NCBI GenBank assembly: GCA_943372705.1 | Contig: CALRZR010000009.1 | Span: 2,644 to 66,643 of the forward strand | From: Opitutus sp. GAS368 | GTDB taxonomy: Bacteria > Verrucomicrobiota > Verrucomicrobiia > Opitutales > Opitutaceae | Direction of reading: 5' to 3' | Length of the DNA stretch: 64,000 nt | Shown: one piece after another, positions 45,076 to 51,959 of the stretch | Position numbering within the stretch: the first letter of the stretch is position 1 | How the letters are laid out: each line of letters starts with the position of its first letter | The notes under the pieces: model-generated | Told to the model about the DNA's origin: nothing | What the model saw: the letters and a program-made list of their open reading frames with translations, nothing else | Databases searched by the model: none | Translations under genes and position numbers: made by a program

Positions 45076-45318
45076 ATGAAGCACAATAACCGATACCTTC
45101 AGGTGGTGCAGCCCGGCATGGTGTCCGGAGTGGCGTTTGTGACCGCGTATGAAATCGAAAATTTCCACGCAACCGCGAACGACGATCTCCCGGAACCCGA
45201 ATATGCCGCCGCATCCGTGGAGGAAAAATCCAGTCCGTTGGCACGCGCCACGGAGCGCCTCTCCGGGGTGTTCCGCCGGTTCGTCCCGCACCCGCTGCGG
45301 CGCAAAGCCGTAGCCTAA
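45076..45318 (+). CDS. hypothetical small protein
   Basis: 80-aa ATG-initiated tail of ORF 44305..45318 (MKHNNRYLQVVQPGMVSGVAF...). Lower GC. Followed by a strong intrinsic terminator. No recognisable family. Confidence 0.35.
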   Translation: MKHNNRYLQVVQPGMVSGVAFVTAYEIENFHATANDDLPEPEYAAASVEEKSSPLARATERLSGVFRRFVPHPLRRKAVA

Positions 45319-45332
45319 ACCAGCACACGATT

Positions 45333-45371
45333 CCGGGGCGGAGGAGCGATCCTCCGTCCCGGATTTTTGTT
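45333..45371 (+). terminator. intrinsic terminator
   Basis: 13-bp stem ccggggcggagga / tcctccgtcccgg (one G-U), loop gcga, followed by atttttgtt. Confidence 0.75.
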
Positions 45372-45447
45372 GGTGACGAGTCATACCACCGGCTCGTGAG
45401 ATTTGGACGATTGGGTCGGCGCGGGCGCGAGCATGCGATCCCAGCCA

Positions 45448-45471
45448 CCGCTCGTTAACACGAGCGGCTAC
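45448..45471 (-). repeat. REP-like hairpin (GTAG-head type, ttaaca-loop family)
   Basis: ccgctcg-ttaaca-cgagcgg-ctac. Confidence 0.65.
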
Positions 45472-45555
45472 CCCGAGCCTGCTGAAGTCCCGGCTTCACG
45501 AGCGTTTGGTATGGGGCGGGAGTGACGGGCACCCGGACACAGCTTGCGCGGGGAA

Positions 45556-45582
45556 AACGCGTTGGGGTCAACGCGTTCCACC
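45556..45582 (-). repeat. REP-like hairpin (GTGG-head type)
   Basis: aacgcgttg-gggt-caacgcgtt-ccacc. Confidence 0.7.
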
Positions 45583-45609
45583 TCGGAGATTGGGCGGCGG
45601 ATTTTCCGC

Positions 45610-47091
45610 TCAGTGCGATTCGGCGAAGCTCGTGATCGAGTGCCACTCGAGGACTTCCTGGAGGAGGGCGCTCTCGGTTTTCAGCACGATGCGTTCGAGG
45701 CTGTTCCACGTCTGGCAGAAGGTGACGCGCTTGCGGCTGTCTTCGAGCATGAGCTGCATTTCGCGGAAGCGGGCGACGCGGCGCTGGAGATCGTTGATCG
45801 AGATGAGCGAGATGAACGACGCGGCGATCACCGGCAGCGAAATTGGCAGGAAATAAAACACGGAGGTTTCGAGCCAATGCGGCACTGCGAAGTGCCCGGT
45901 ATGGCAGACGGCGTAAGCGAGCGTGCAGGCCATCGCGAGGAGGGTGGCGACCCAGAAACCCATTTTCAGGCGCTTGAAGAGCGGGAGCGCGCGGGCCTCC
46001 TGGCGGCGGTAGTAGGCGAGCTGGTCGTCGATGCGTTTCTCGAGGTAAATGCGGCGAAAATCGTCCATCGGGACGGGCTGCGCGTTGGCGGAGCGGCTGT
46101 GCAAAATGTGCAACGAGCGCGTGAGGCCGCGCACGCCGGGGAGATCGAGATCTTCGAAGAGCGGGGCGGCGCGCGGGAGTCCCCACGTCGCGAGGGCGGA
46201 GCGGCAAAATTCAGCGGCTAGCCGGCACCGCACCCAACTGTGATGCGAGTGGTGGTGATGGTGGAGCACGAGGGCCACGCCGAGAGCGCCGGCGAGGCAG
46301 AGGAGCTTGATCCAGGGAATCGCCATCAGGTGCAGATCGAACGAGAGCGCGCCGGCGGCGATGAGGGTGGCGACGACGTGCAGCGCGACGGTGAGCACGA
46401 TCAGGCGGCGAAACTGCGGGGCGCCGTGGCTCGCGGCGAAATCGCATTTTTGCTGAAACGCGAAGATGTGGCCGGGGGCTTTGAACGGATTCTCGCCCCA
46501 GCCGGCGGACTTGGCGGGGAGCTGGTTCAGTTTGGCGAGCGTCTGGTCGGTGCGGTCGAGTTTGTCGAAATTATCGCGGCGAACTTCGAGCGTGTGGGCG
46601 TCGATCACGACGACCGGTTTACCGAGCGAACGCGCGTAGCCGACGACATCGGCGGTGCCGCCTTTACCGCGGGCCGGCTGGCCGTCCCAGACGGCGAGGA
46701 GCACGTCGGCGCCGTTGACGGTCTCCATGCCGCAGTCGAGGTAGGCGTCTTCGCGCGTGCCATTTTCGGTGATCACGCGGACGTGCTCGGCGTGGGTGAG
46801 CATCGTCTCGACGGCGTTCCAGTCGGCGGCGGAAAAGTCTTTTTGGAATTCGGCTTTGGGCAGCGGGAGGATCGCGTGCCACGAGAGACCGAGCGCGCGG
46901 GCCTGGGCGACGAACATCTGGTCGCTGCCGTCGGCGACGGAGGAGAGCGCGAGCCACTCGCCCGGGGCTTCGGCGCGGAGCGATTCAAGGGCGGCGGTGA
47001 GGGCGCGCGCGACCCCGGCGGGATCGGCCACGGAACGGTGACCGGAAAATCCGACGACGTGAAACAGCGGCAGTTCGGAGGACTCGCTCAT
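45610..47091 (-). CDS. SLOG (YpsA/DprA-LOG-like) domain protein fused to two successive 2TM modules, the distal one SLATT/DUF4231-like
   Basis: ORF 45610..47154. ATG starts at 47091 or 47106; the listed start at 47154 is TTG. N-terminal Rossmann-like pattern: LFHVVGFSGHR...LSSVADGSDQMFVAQARALG...ILPLP...ADVLLAVWDGQPARGKGGTADVVGYA. TM pair 1 (LIVLTVALHVVATLIAAGALSF / WIKLLCLAGALGVALVL) is followed by WVRCRLAAEFCRS. The segment LAYYRRQEARALPLFKRLKMGF is followed by TM pair 2 and an amphipathic C-terminal helix. Confidence 0.8.
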   Translation of the reverse strand: MSESSELPLFHVVGFSGHRSVADPAGVARALTAALESLRAEAPGEWLALSSVADGSDQMFVAQARALGLSWHAILPLPKAEFQKDFSAADWNAVETMLTHAEHVRVITENGTREDAYLDCGMETVNGADVLLAVWDGQPARGKGGTADVVGYARSLGKPVVVIDAHTLEVRRDNFDKLDRTDQTLAKLNQLPAKSAGWGENPFKAPGHIFAFQQKCDFAASHGAPQFRRLIVLTVALHVVATLIAAGALSFDLHLMAIPWIKLLCLAGALGVALVLHHHHHSHHSWVRCRLAAEFCRSALATWGLPRAAPLFEDLDLPGVRGLTRSLHILHSRSANAQPVPMDDFRRIYLEKRIDDQLAYYRRQEARALPLFKRLKMGFWVATLLAMACTLAYAVCHTGHFAVPHWLETSVFYFLPISLPVIAASFISLISINDLQRRVARFREMQLMLEDSRKRVTFCQTWNSLERIVLKTESALLQEVLEWHSITSFAESH

Positions 47092-47185
47092 GCGGCAGGA
47101 GGTCATCGCACGCCGGCCCGCGCGGTGCGTCAACGGAGAAGCCGACGGAGACAAAAGATCCGCGACAGGCGCAGCGCGGGCGGGG

Positions 47186-47551
47186 TCAGAAATTCGCGGG
47201 CGTCGCGGGAGCTGGTTTGCCTGGCGCGGGGTTGGAGCGTTTGGATGGATCCGAGTAGTTCGGCGACATCGGGAAGAACGGCGCGATGACGTCGATCACG
47301 GGCTTCAGGAACGCGGGTTCGGTGCGCGTGAACGTCCAGTGGAGCGTGAGCATGCCGAAGATCAGGATCAAAATGAAGGCGACGAGACCCGGGTTGATGC
47401 CTTTCAGGAAGCGGTAGAAACTCAGTGTCATCATCACCGCGAAGAAGGCGCAGATGATGGTGAGAAACGCGTGTTCGGCGAGGAGCGGCTGGATGAGTTT
47501 CCAGAACGAATCCCAAGCTTTGGCGAGTGGTGAGAGGTCGACGTCTTTCAA
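47186..47551 (-). CDS. small 2TM membrane protein of unknown function
   Basis: 121-aa ORF with two hydrophobic helices (FLTIICAFFAVMMTLSF, LVAFILILIFGMLTL) and a Pro-rich tail. Lies 32-95 nt upstream of and co-oriented with the SLOG-SLATT gene. Confidence 0.6.
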   Translation of the reverse strand: MKDVDLSPLAKAWDSFWKLIQPLLAEHAFLTIICAFFAVMMTLSFYRFLKGINPGLVAFILILIFGMLTLHWTFTRTEPAFLKPVIDVIAPFFPMSPNYSDPSKRSNPAPGKPAPATPANF

Positions 47552-47778
47552 GGTGGCGGCCGGGAAGGTGTCGCAGACGTGCGGGGGGCGTCAAAAAAGA
47601 ACTTATACGCGGGGGTTGCAGCGAGTGCGTAGAAAACAGTGTGCTTCGGCGTGGGTGGTGCGAGAGTGGAAAACAATCTTGTGACGCAACGGAGGCTGGC
47701 GGTCGGGGGCGGCATGGGCATTGCTCCGTCAGCGCAATCCGGGCTATCCCACCCCTCCCGGAGTCGCTCTTTTGCCAC

Positions 47779-49971
47779 ATGAACGTCCCCGCGCCGTCAT
47801 CGCCTGCGTCTGCCCCTGTGTCGGGGATCGGCGCGACCGACGGTGCGAAACGCTATCGGGTGTTCTTAAGTTACAGCCATGCGGACACAAAGTGGGCGCG
47901 GTGGGTGATGCGGAGGTTGGAAGGCTGGCGGGTGCCGAAACGTCTGCACGGACGGATGGCGCCGATCGGCGAGGTGGGTGCGCGAATTGCGCCGGTGTTT
48001 CGGGATCGCGACGAATTGCCGACGACGAGCGATCTCGGCGAGTCGATCCGGGCGGCGCTGCGGGAGTCGGCGACGCTCGTGGTGATCTGTTCGCCGGCGG
48101 CGGCGAAGTCGCGGTGGGTGCGGGAGGAGATCGTGGCGTTTAAGCGGCTGCACGGCGAGCGGCGGGTGTTTGGGTTTATCGTGAGCGGCGAGCCCAAGGT
48201 GGAGGGGACGGACGAGGATTGTTTTTCACCGGCGTTGCGCGCGGAGATCGGGGCCGACGGCGAGCTGTCGGCGCGGCCGGCGGAGATCGTGGCGGCGGAT
48301 GCGCGGGTAACGGGTGACGGGAAAGAGGTGGCGCTCGTGCGGTTGCTGGCCGGGCTGTTGGGCGTGGGCTTCGACGAATTGCGGCAACGCGAGCAGGCGC
48401 GGCGGCTGCGGCGGATGACGTGGATCGCGGCGGGATCGGCGGTCGGGATGGCGGTGATGTTCGGGCTGGCGGTGGCGGCGTGGCGGGCGCGGAACGATGC
48501 GCAGCGGCGGCAGGCGAACGCGGATGATTTGCTGACGTTCATGCTGGGCGATCTGCGGGACGAGTTGAAGAAAATCGGGCGGCTCAGCGTGCTCGACGCC
48601 GTGGGGGCAAAGGCGATGGCCTATTTCGACTCGCTCGATGTGCGCGACGCGTCGGACACGGCCCTGGCGCGGCAGGCCACGGCGCTTACGCAAATCGGTC
48701 AGAACCGGCTCGACCAGGTGCGGTATGCGGAGGCGTCGGTGGCGTTTGCCACCGCGTATGAGCGCGCCGCGGCGCTGGTGAAGCGCAATCCGGCGAACAA
48801 GGACATGTGGTTTGAACGCGGGCGGGCAGAACACTGGCTGGGCTACACGGATTTGCAGCGGCGGGAGTTGGTGTCGGCAGGCAGGTGGTTCGCAAGATAC
48901 CGGGACACGGCAAGGGGGCTCTGGGAGTTGGACCGCGCGGACGCGCGGAGCCGGCATGAGGTGGCCTACGCGCAGCAGAGTCTGGCGGTATTGAAAGTGG
49001 AATTGGGCGACTACGCCGACGCCCGGGCGAGTTTCGTCGCGGAGCGGGAAATGCTTGAGCGCCTGTCGGCCGCCAAGCCGAGTGATTTGCAGGTGAGGTT
49101 CGAGTTGTCGGTGAATGACTCGTGGCTGGGGGTGACCGCCGAGCGCCGGGGTGAATATGCGGAGGCGGTGGAACATTTTGGCCGGGCGGCCGGCACGATG
49201 GAAGCCGTGATCGCGGAGGAGCCTGGCACGGCGTTTTGGCGATTTGAATGTGCGGACCGCTACTCGCACCAAGGCATTGTGCTCGGTTGCACCGGGCGGC
49301 ATGCGGAATCGCGGCGGGCGTTGCACCGGGCGCAAGAACTGATCGGTCCGTTGGCGGCCAACGATCCGCAGAACCGGAATGCTTCCGCCCGCGTCGCCGC
49401 CGCGGGAATTGTGCAGGCGGCGTCGGCGCTGGCGGAAAGCGATTGGACGGAGGCGGCCCGGCTGTTGGAAGCTTCCCGGCGGCGGTTGGAACCGATCGTG
49501 GCCGATGAGCCCACCTCGCCGACGAACGCCAATTTTCTGGTGCGGGCTTGGCGGATCGAGGCGTTGCTGCGGCTGGCGCAAGGACGGACCGATGCCGGCG
49601 AGGCGGCGGCGCGCGCGATCGTTTTGGTGCAGCCGTTTCTGACGAAGGAAACGGCGGGTGATCGAATTGTGCGGACGGAATCGGCCGAGGCCTATTTGGT
49701 GGCGGGGCTGGTGGCGGACCGGGCCGGGAACGAGGAGGCTGCGCGACAGCACTGGCAGCAATCGCTGGACCTGCTCGACCCGGACTGGCTCAACTCGTGC
49801 CACTGGCGGCTGCTCGATCCTGCCGCGCGGGCCTTGATCCTGCTCAAACGATACGACGAGGGTAGGTCGCTGATCGATCGTCTGAATCGGCTTGGCTACC
49901 GACCGCTGTCGCCGTGGCCGGAACCGGCTGCCCATTTTCCCGCTCCGTCTAACCTAAATCCCCAAAAATAA
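47779..49971 (+). CDS. TIR-domain protein with single TM segment and C-terminal TPR-like solenoid
   Basis: ATG at residue 85 of ORF 47527..49971 (MNVPAPSS...). TIR pattern: YRVFLSYSHADTKWARWVMRRLEG...APVFRDRDELPTTSDLGESIRAALRESATLVVICSPAAAKSRWVREEIVAF. TM segment WIAAGSAVGMAVMFGLAVAAW. About 430 aa of helical repeats. Confidence 0.85.
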   Translation: MNVPAPSSPASAPVSGIGATDGAKRYRVFLSYSHADTKWARWVMRRLEGWRVPKRLHGRMAPIGEVGARIAPVFRDRDELPTTSDLGESIRAALRESATLVVICSPAAAKSRWVREEIVAFKRLHGERRVFGFIVSGEPKVEGTDEDCFSPALRAEIGADGELSARPAEIVAADARVTGDGKEVALVRLLAGLLGVGFDELRQREQARRLRRMTWIAAGSAVGMAVMFGLAVAAWRARNDAQRRQANADDLLTFMLGDLRDELKKIGRLSVLDAVGAKAMAYFDSLDVRDASDTALARQATALTQIGQNRLDQVRYAEASVAFATAYERAAALVKRNPANKDMWFERGRAEHWLGYTDLQRRELVSAGRWFARYRDTARGLWELDRADARSRHEVAYAQQSLAVLKVELGDYADARASFVAEREMLERLSAAKPSDLQVRFELSVNDSWLGVTAERRGEYAEAVEHFGRAAGTMEAVIAEEPGTAFWRFECADRYSHQGIVLGCTGRHAESRRALHRAQELIGPLAANDPQNRNASARVAAAGIVQAASALAESDWTEAARLLEASRRRLEPIVADEPTSPTNANFLVRAWRIEALLRLAQGRTDAGEAAARAIVLVQPFLTKETAGDRIVRTESAEAYLVAGLVADRAGNEEAARQHWQQSLDLLDPDWLNSCHWRLLDPAARALILLKRYDEGRSLIDRLNRLGYRPLSPWPEPAAHFPAPSNLNPQK

Positions 49972-49972
49972 T

Positions 49973-50449
49973 ATGTCCGCCAACGTCAAAAAGACCGCCA
50001 TACTCAATGTCTCCGTTTCGAAATTCCGCCCCGTGGGCGTCGTGCTCACGAGTGCGACACTCGTATTGGAGCCGGGATGCGACAAAAAATATTTCCGGAC
50101 CGACGGCACCAATATTTGGGTCACGATTCCCAAAAAAGCGCCGAAAAATCTGGATATCGAGATCGTCTTCCGGGTCGACGCCATGCTCTACAATTTGGTG
50201 GGAGTGGCGTTCAACAAGACGACCTTCGACCCAAACTCGGAGGGCGACGTGGAGTTCCCCGAAATCACGATCAAACGGAATTCACAGCCGACAATACCGA
50301 TCAATCAAGTGAGCGAGCTGACGGTGAAGGACGCCGATGTCAGCAGCCGGTCCGGCGTGAACTACGATTACTATCTGATGGTCCAACAGGTCTCGGATGG
50401 AGCGATCGGCGTGATCGATCCGCCGATCTCCACGGGCCCGGAACACTGA
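49973..50449 (+). CDS. hypothetical beta-rich protein, translationally coupled to the TIR gene
   Basis: 158-aa ORF starting 1 nt after the TIR gene stop. Visibly A/T-richer than its surroundings. No signal peptide or TM segment. No family recognised. Confidence 0.6.
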   Translation: MSANVKKTAILNVSVSKFRPVGVVLTSATLVLEPGCDKKYFRTDGTNIWVTIPKKAPKNLDIEIVFRVDAMLYNLVGVAFNKTTFDPNSEGDVEFPEITIKRNSQPTIPINQVSELTVKDADVSSRSGVNYDYYLMVQQVSDGAIGVIDPPISTGPEH

Positions 50450-50469
50450 GTGATCACGGTTCGCGTCGA

Positions 50470-50505
50470 CAAAACAGCGCCCGGGCCGGAGCGACGGCCG
50501 GGCGC
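50470..50505 (-). terminator. probable intrinsic terminator of the M16 peptidase operon
   Basis: Stem gcgcccgggccg / cggccgggcgc (one bulge). On the - strand it is followed by TGTTTTGTCG. Lies about 20 nt beyond the stop at 50525. Confidence 0.5.
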
Positions 50506-50524
50506 GACCGGACCGCTGCGAACT

Positions 50525-51883
50525 CTACTTCGCGCCGGGAACGGTGCCGGCTTTGATGAGCACCATCTTTTCGGGGTCGAGGTGCTTCTTGATGGCGCCG
50601 TTGACCTGGTCCTTGGTGAGGGCGTTTACGCGCGACGGATATTGGTCGATGAAGGCGAGCTCGAGGTCGCGGTTCAGCGTGGCGAGGATCGTGCCGGCCA
50701 TTCCGCCGGTGGTGGAGAGGGCGACTTTGTAGGAGCCGGCGAGGCCGGTCTTCTTGCGGGCGAGTTCGTCATCGGTGATGCCTTCGGAATGCCAGGCGGT
50801 GAGCTGGCGTTTGGTGGAGGCGATGCCTTTTTCGAGCATCTCGGGAGCGAAGTTGCCCTGAATGCGCCAATCGCCGTCGACGAACGTATCGCCGCCCACG
50901 TAGGAACCGATGCCGTAGGTGAGACCTTCTTTGTCGCGAACGTTGGCCATGAGGCGGCCGGTGAAACCGCTGCCGAGGGCGGCGGTGCCGACGCGGAGAG
51001 CGAGCGTGTCCGTATCGCCGTAGCGGAGACCGGTGGCCTGACCCCAGATCAAGGAGATGTTGGTCTTCTCGGGCATGAAGACGTTTTGGTCGCGCGCGGC
51101 GTCGACGGAGCCGGGCTTGGCGGGCGCGGGCTTGGGCGCGCGTTGGCCGCCGCTCCAGCCGGCGAAGACTTTCGAGACTTCGGATTTCGCGGCGGCGGGA
51201 TCGATGTCGCCGACGAGGACGAGGCGCAGCGTGGCGGGGCCGTAGTATTTCGCGTGGAAGGCCTTTACCTCATCGAGCGTGATTTTCTCGGCGCTGGCGA
51301 GAATCTCGGCGGAGGGCGCCTGGCGGTTGGGATGGCCGACCGGATACACGGCGCGGGTGAAGCTGTCGTCGGCGCGGAAATCGGTGTCGTCGAGGGCGCG
51401 GCGGTAGTTGCCGGCGAATTGTTTCTTGAGTTTGGCGAATTCCTCGGGGGAAAACGCGGGCGAGCGAAGCTGCTCGGCGATGAGGCCGATGACGAGCGGG
51501 AGATCGGCGCGGAGGCACTTGGCGTTGATATTGAGCGAACTCGGGCCGGTGCTGAACGAGAGCGTGGCGCCGACACTGCCGAGGCGCTGGGCGATCGCGA
51601 ATTTGTCCTGCTTGGTCGTGCCCTTGTCCAACATGCCGCCGGTGAGATCGGCGAGGGCGGGGCTGCCGTCGGGGCTGAGCGAATCGCCGGCGGCGAGGGA
51701 ACCGCGGAGGGTGACGACTTCTTTGACACCGGTCTTGAGGACAACGAGATCGATGCCGCCGACGTTGTCGCGCACGGCGTTTTTGGCGACTTGGGCGTGG
51801 GTGATCGCGGCGGTGAACGCGAGGGCGGCGAAGAGGGCGGAGAGGGAACGACGGAGAGAAGGGGAGAGAGGGAGAGCTTTCAT
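50525..51883 (-). CDS. M16-family (pitrilysin-like) peptidase subunit lacking the zinc motif
   Basis: ATG at residue 19 of ORF 50525..51937 (MKALPLSPSLRRSLSALFAALAFTAAITHA). Peptidase_M16 / M16_C-like organisation without HxxEH. Confidence 0.8.
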   Translation of the reverse strand: MKALPLSPSLRRSLSALFAALAFTAAITHAQVAKNAVRDNVGGIDLVVLKTGVKEVVTLRGSLAAGDSLSPDGSPALADLTGGMLDKGTTKQDKFAIAQRLGSVGATLSFSTGPSSLNINAKCLRADLPLVIGLIAEQLRSPAFSPEEFAKLKKQFAGNYRRALDDTDFRADDSFTRAVYPVGHPNRQAPSAEILASAEKITLDEVKAFHAKYYGPATLRLVLVGDIDPAAAKSEVSKVFAGWSGGQRAPKPAPAKPGSVDAARDQNVFMPEKTNISLIWGQATGLRYGDTDTLALRVGTAALGSGFTGRLMANVRDKEGLTYGIGSYVGGDTFVDGDWRIQGNFAPEMLEKGIASTKRQLTAWHSEGITDDELARKKTGLAGSYKVALSTTGGMAGTILATLNRDLELAFIDQYPSRVNALTKDQVNGAIKKHLDPEKMVLIKAGTVPGAK

Positions 51884-51900
51884 GGGAGAATTTTTTCGTG

Positions 51901-51924
51901 GTAGCCGCGCCGGTGATGGCGCGG
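51901..51924 (+). repeat. REP-like hairpin in the opposite orientation (GTAG head on + strand)
   Basis: gtag-ccgcgcc-ggtgat-ggcgcgg. Forms an inverted pair with the copy at 51926. Confidence 0.55.
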
Positions 51925-51925
51925 T

Positions 51926-51949
51926 CCGCACGCTCACGCGTGCGGCTAC
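51926..51949 (-). repeat. REP-like hairpin (GTAG-head type)
   Basis: ccgcacgc-tcac-gcgtgcgg-ctac. Lies in the 76-nt gap between the two M16 genes. Confidence 0.65.
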
Positions 51950-51959
51950 GGAGAGAGCG

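Noticed and set aside
46270-46300. His run (HHHHHSHH) in the SLOG-SLATT protein considered as a metal-binding site
   Set aside because: This is a single short low-complexity run at the end of a TM helix, with no supporting motif. The coordinates are approximate. Not interpretable from sequence alone.
48226-49935. 569-aa - strand ORF inside the first TIR gene, and likewise 55117..57042 (641 aa) inside the second TIR gene
   Set aside because: Arg/Pro-rich antisense shadows of genes with clear TIR and TPR sequence on the + strand.
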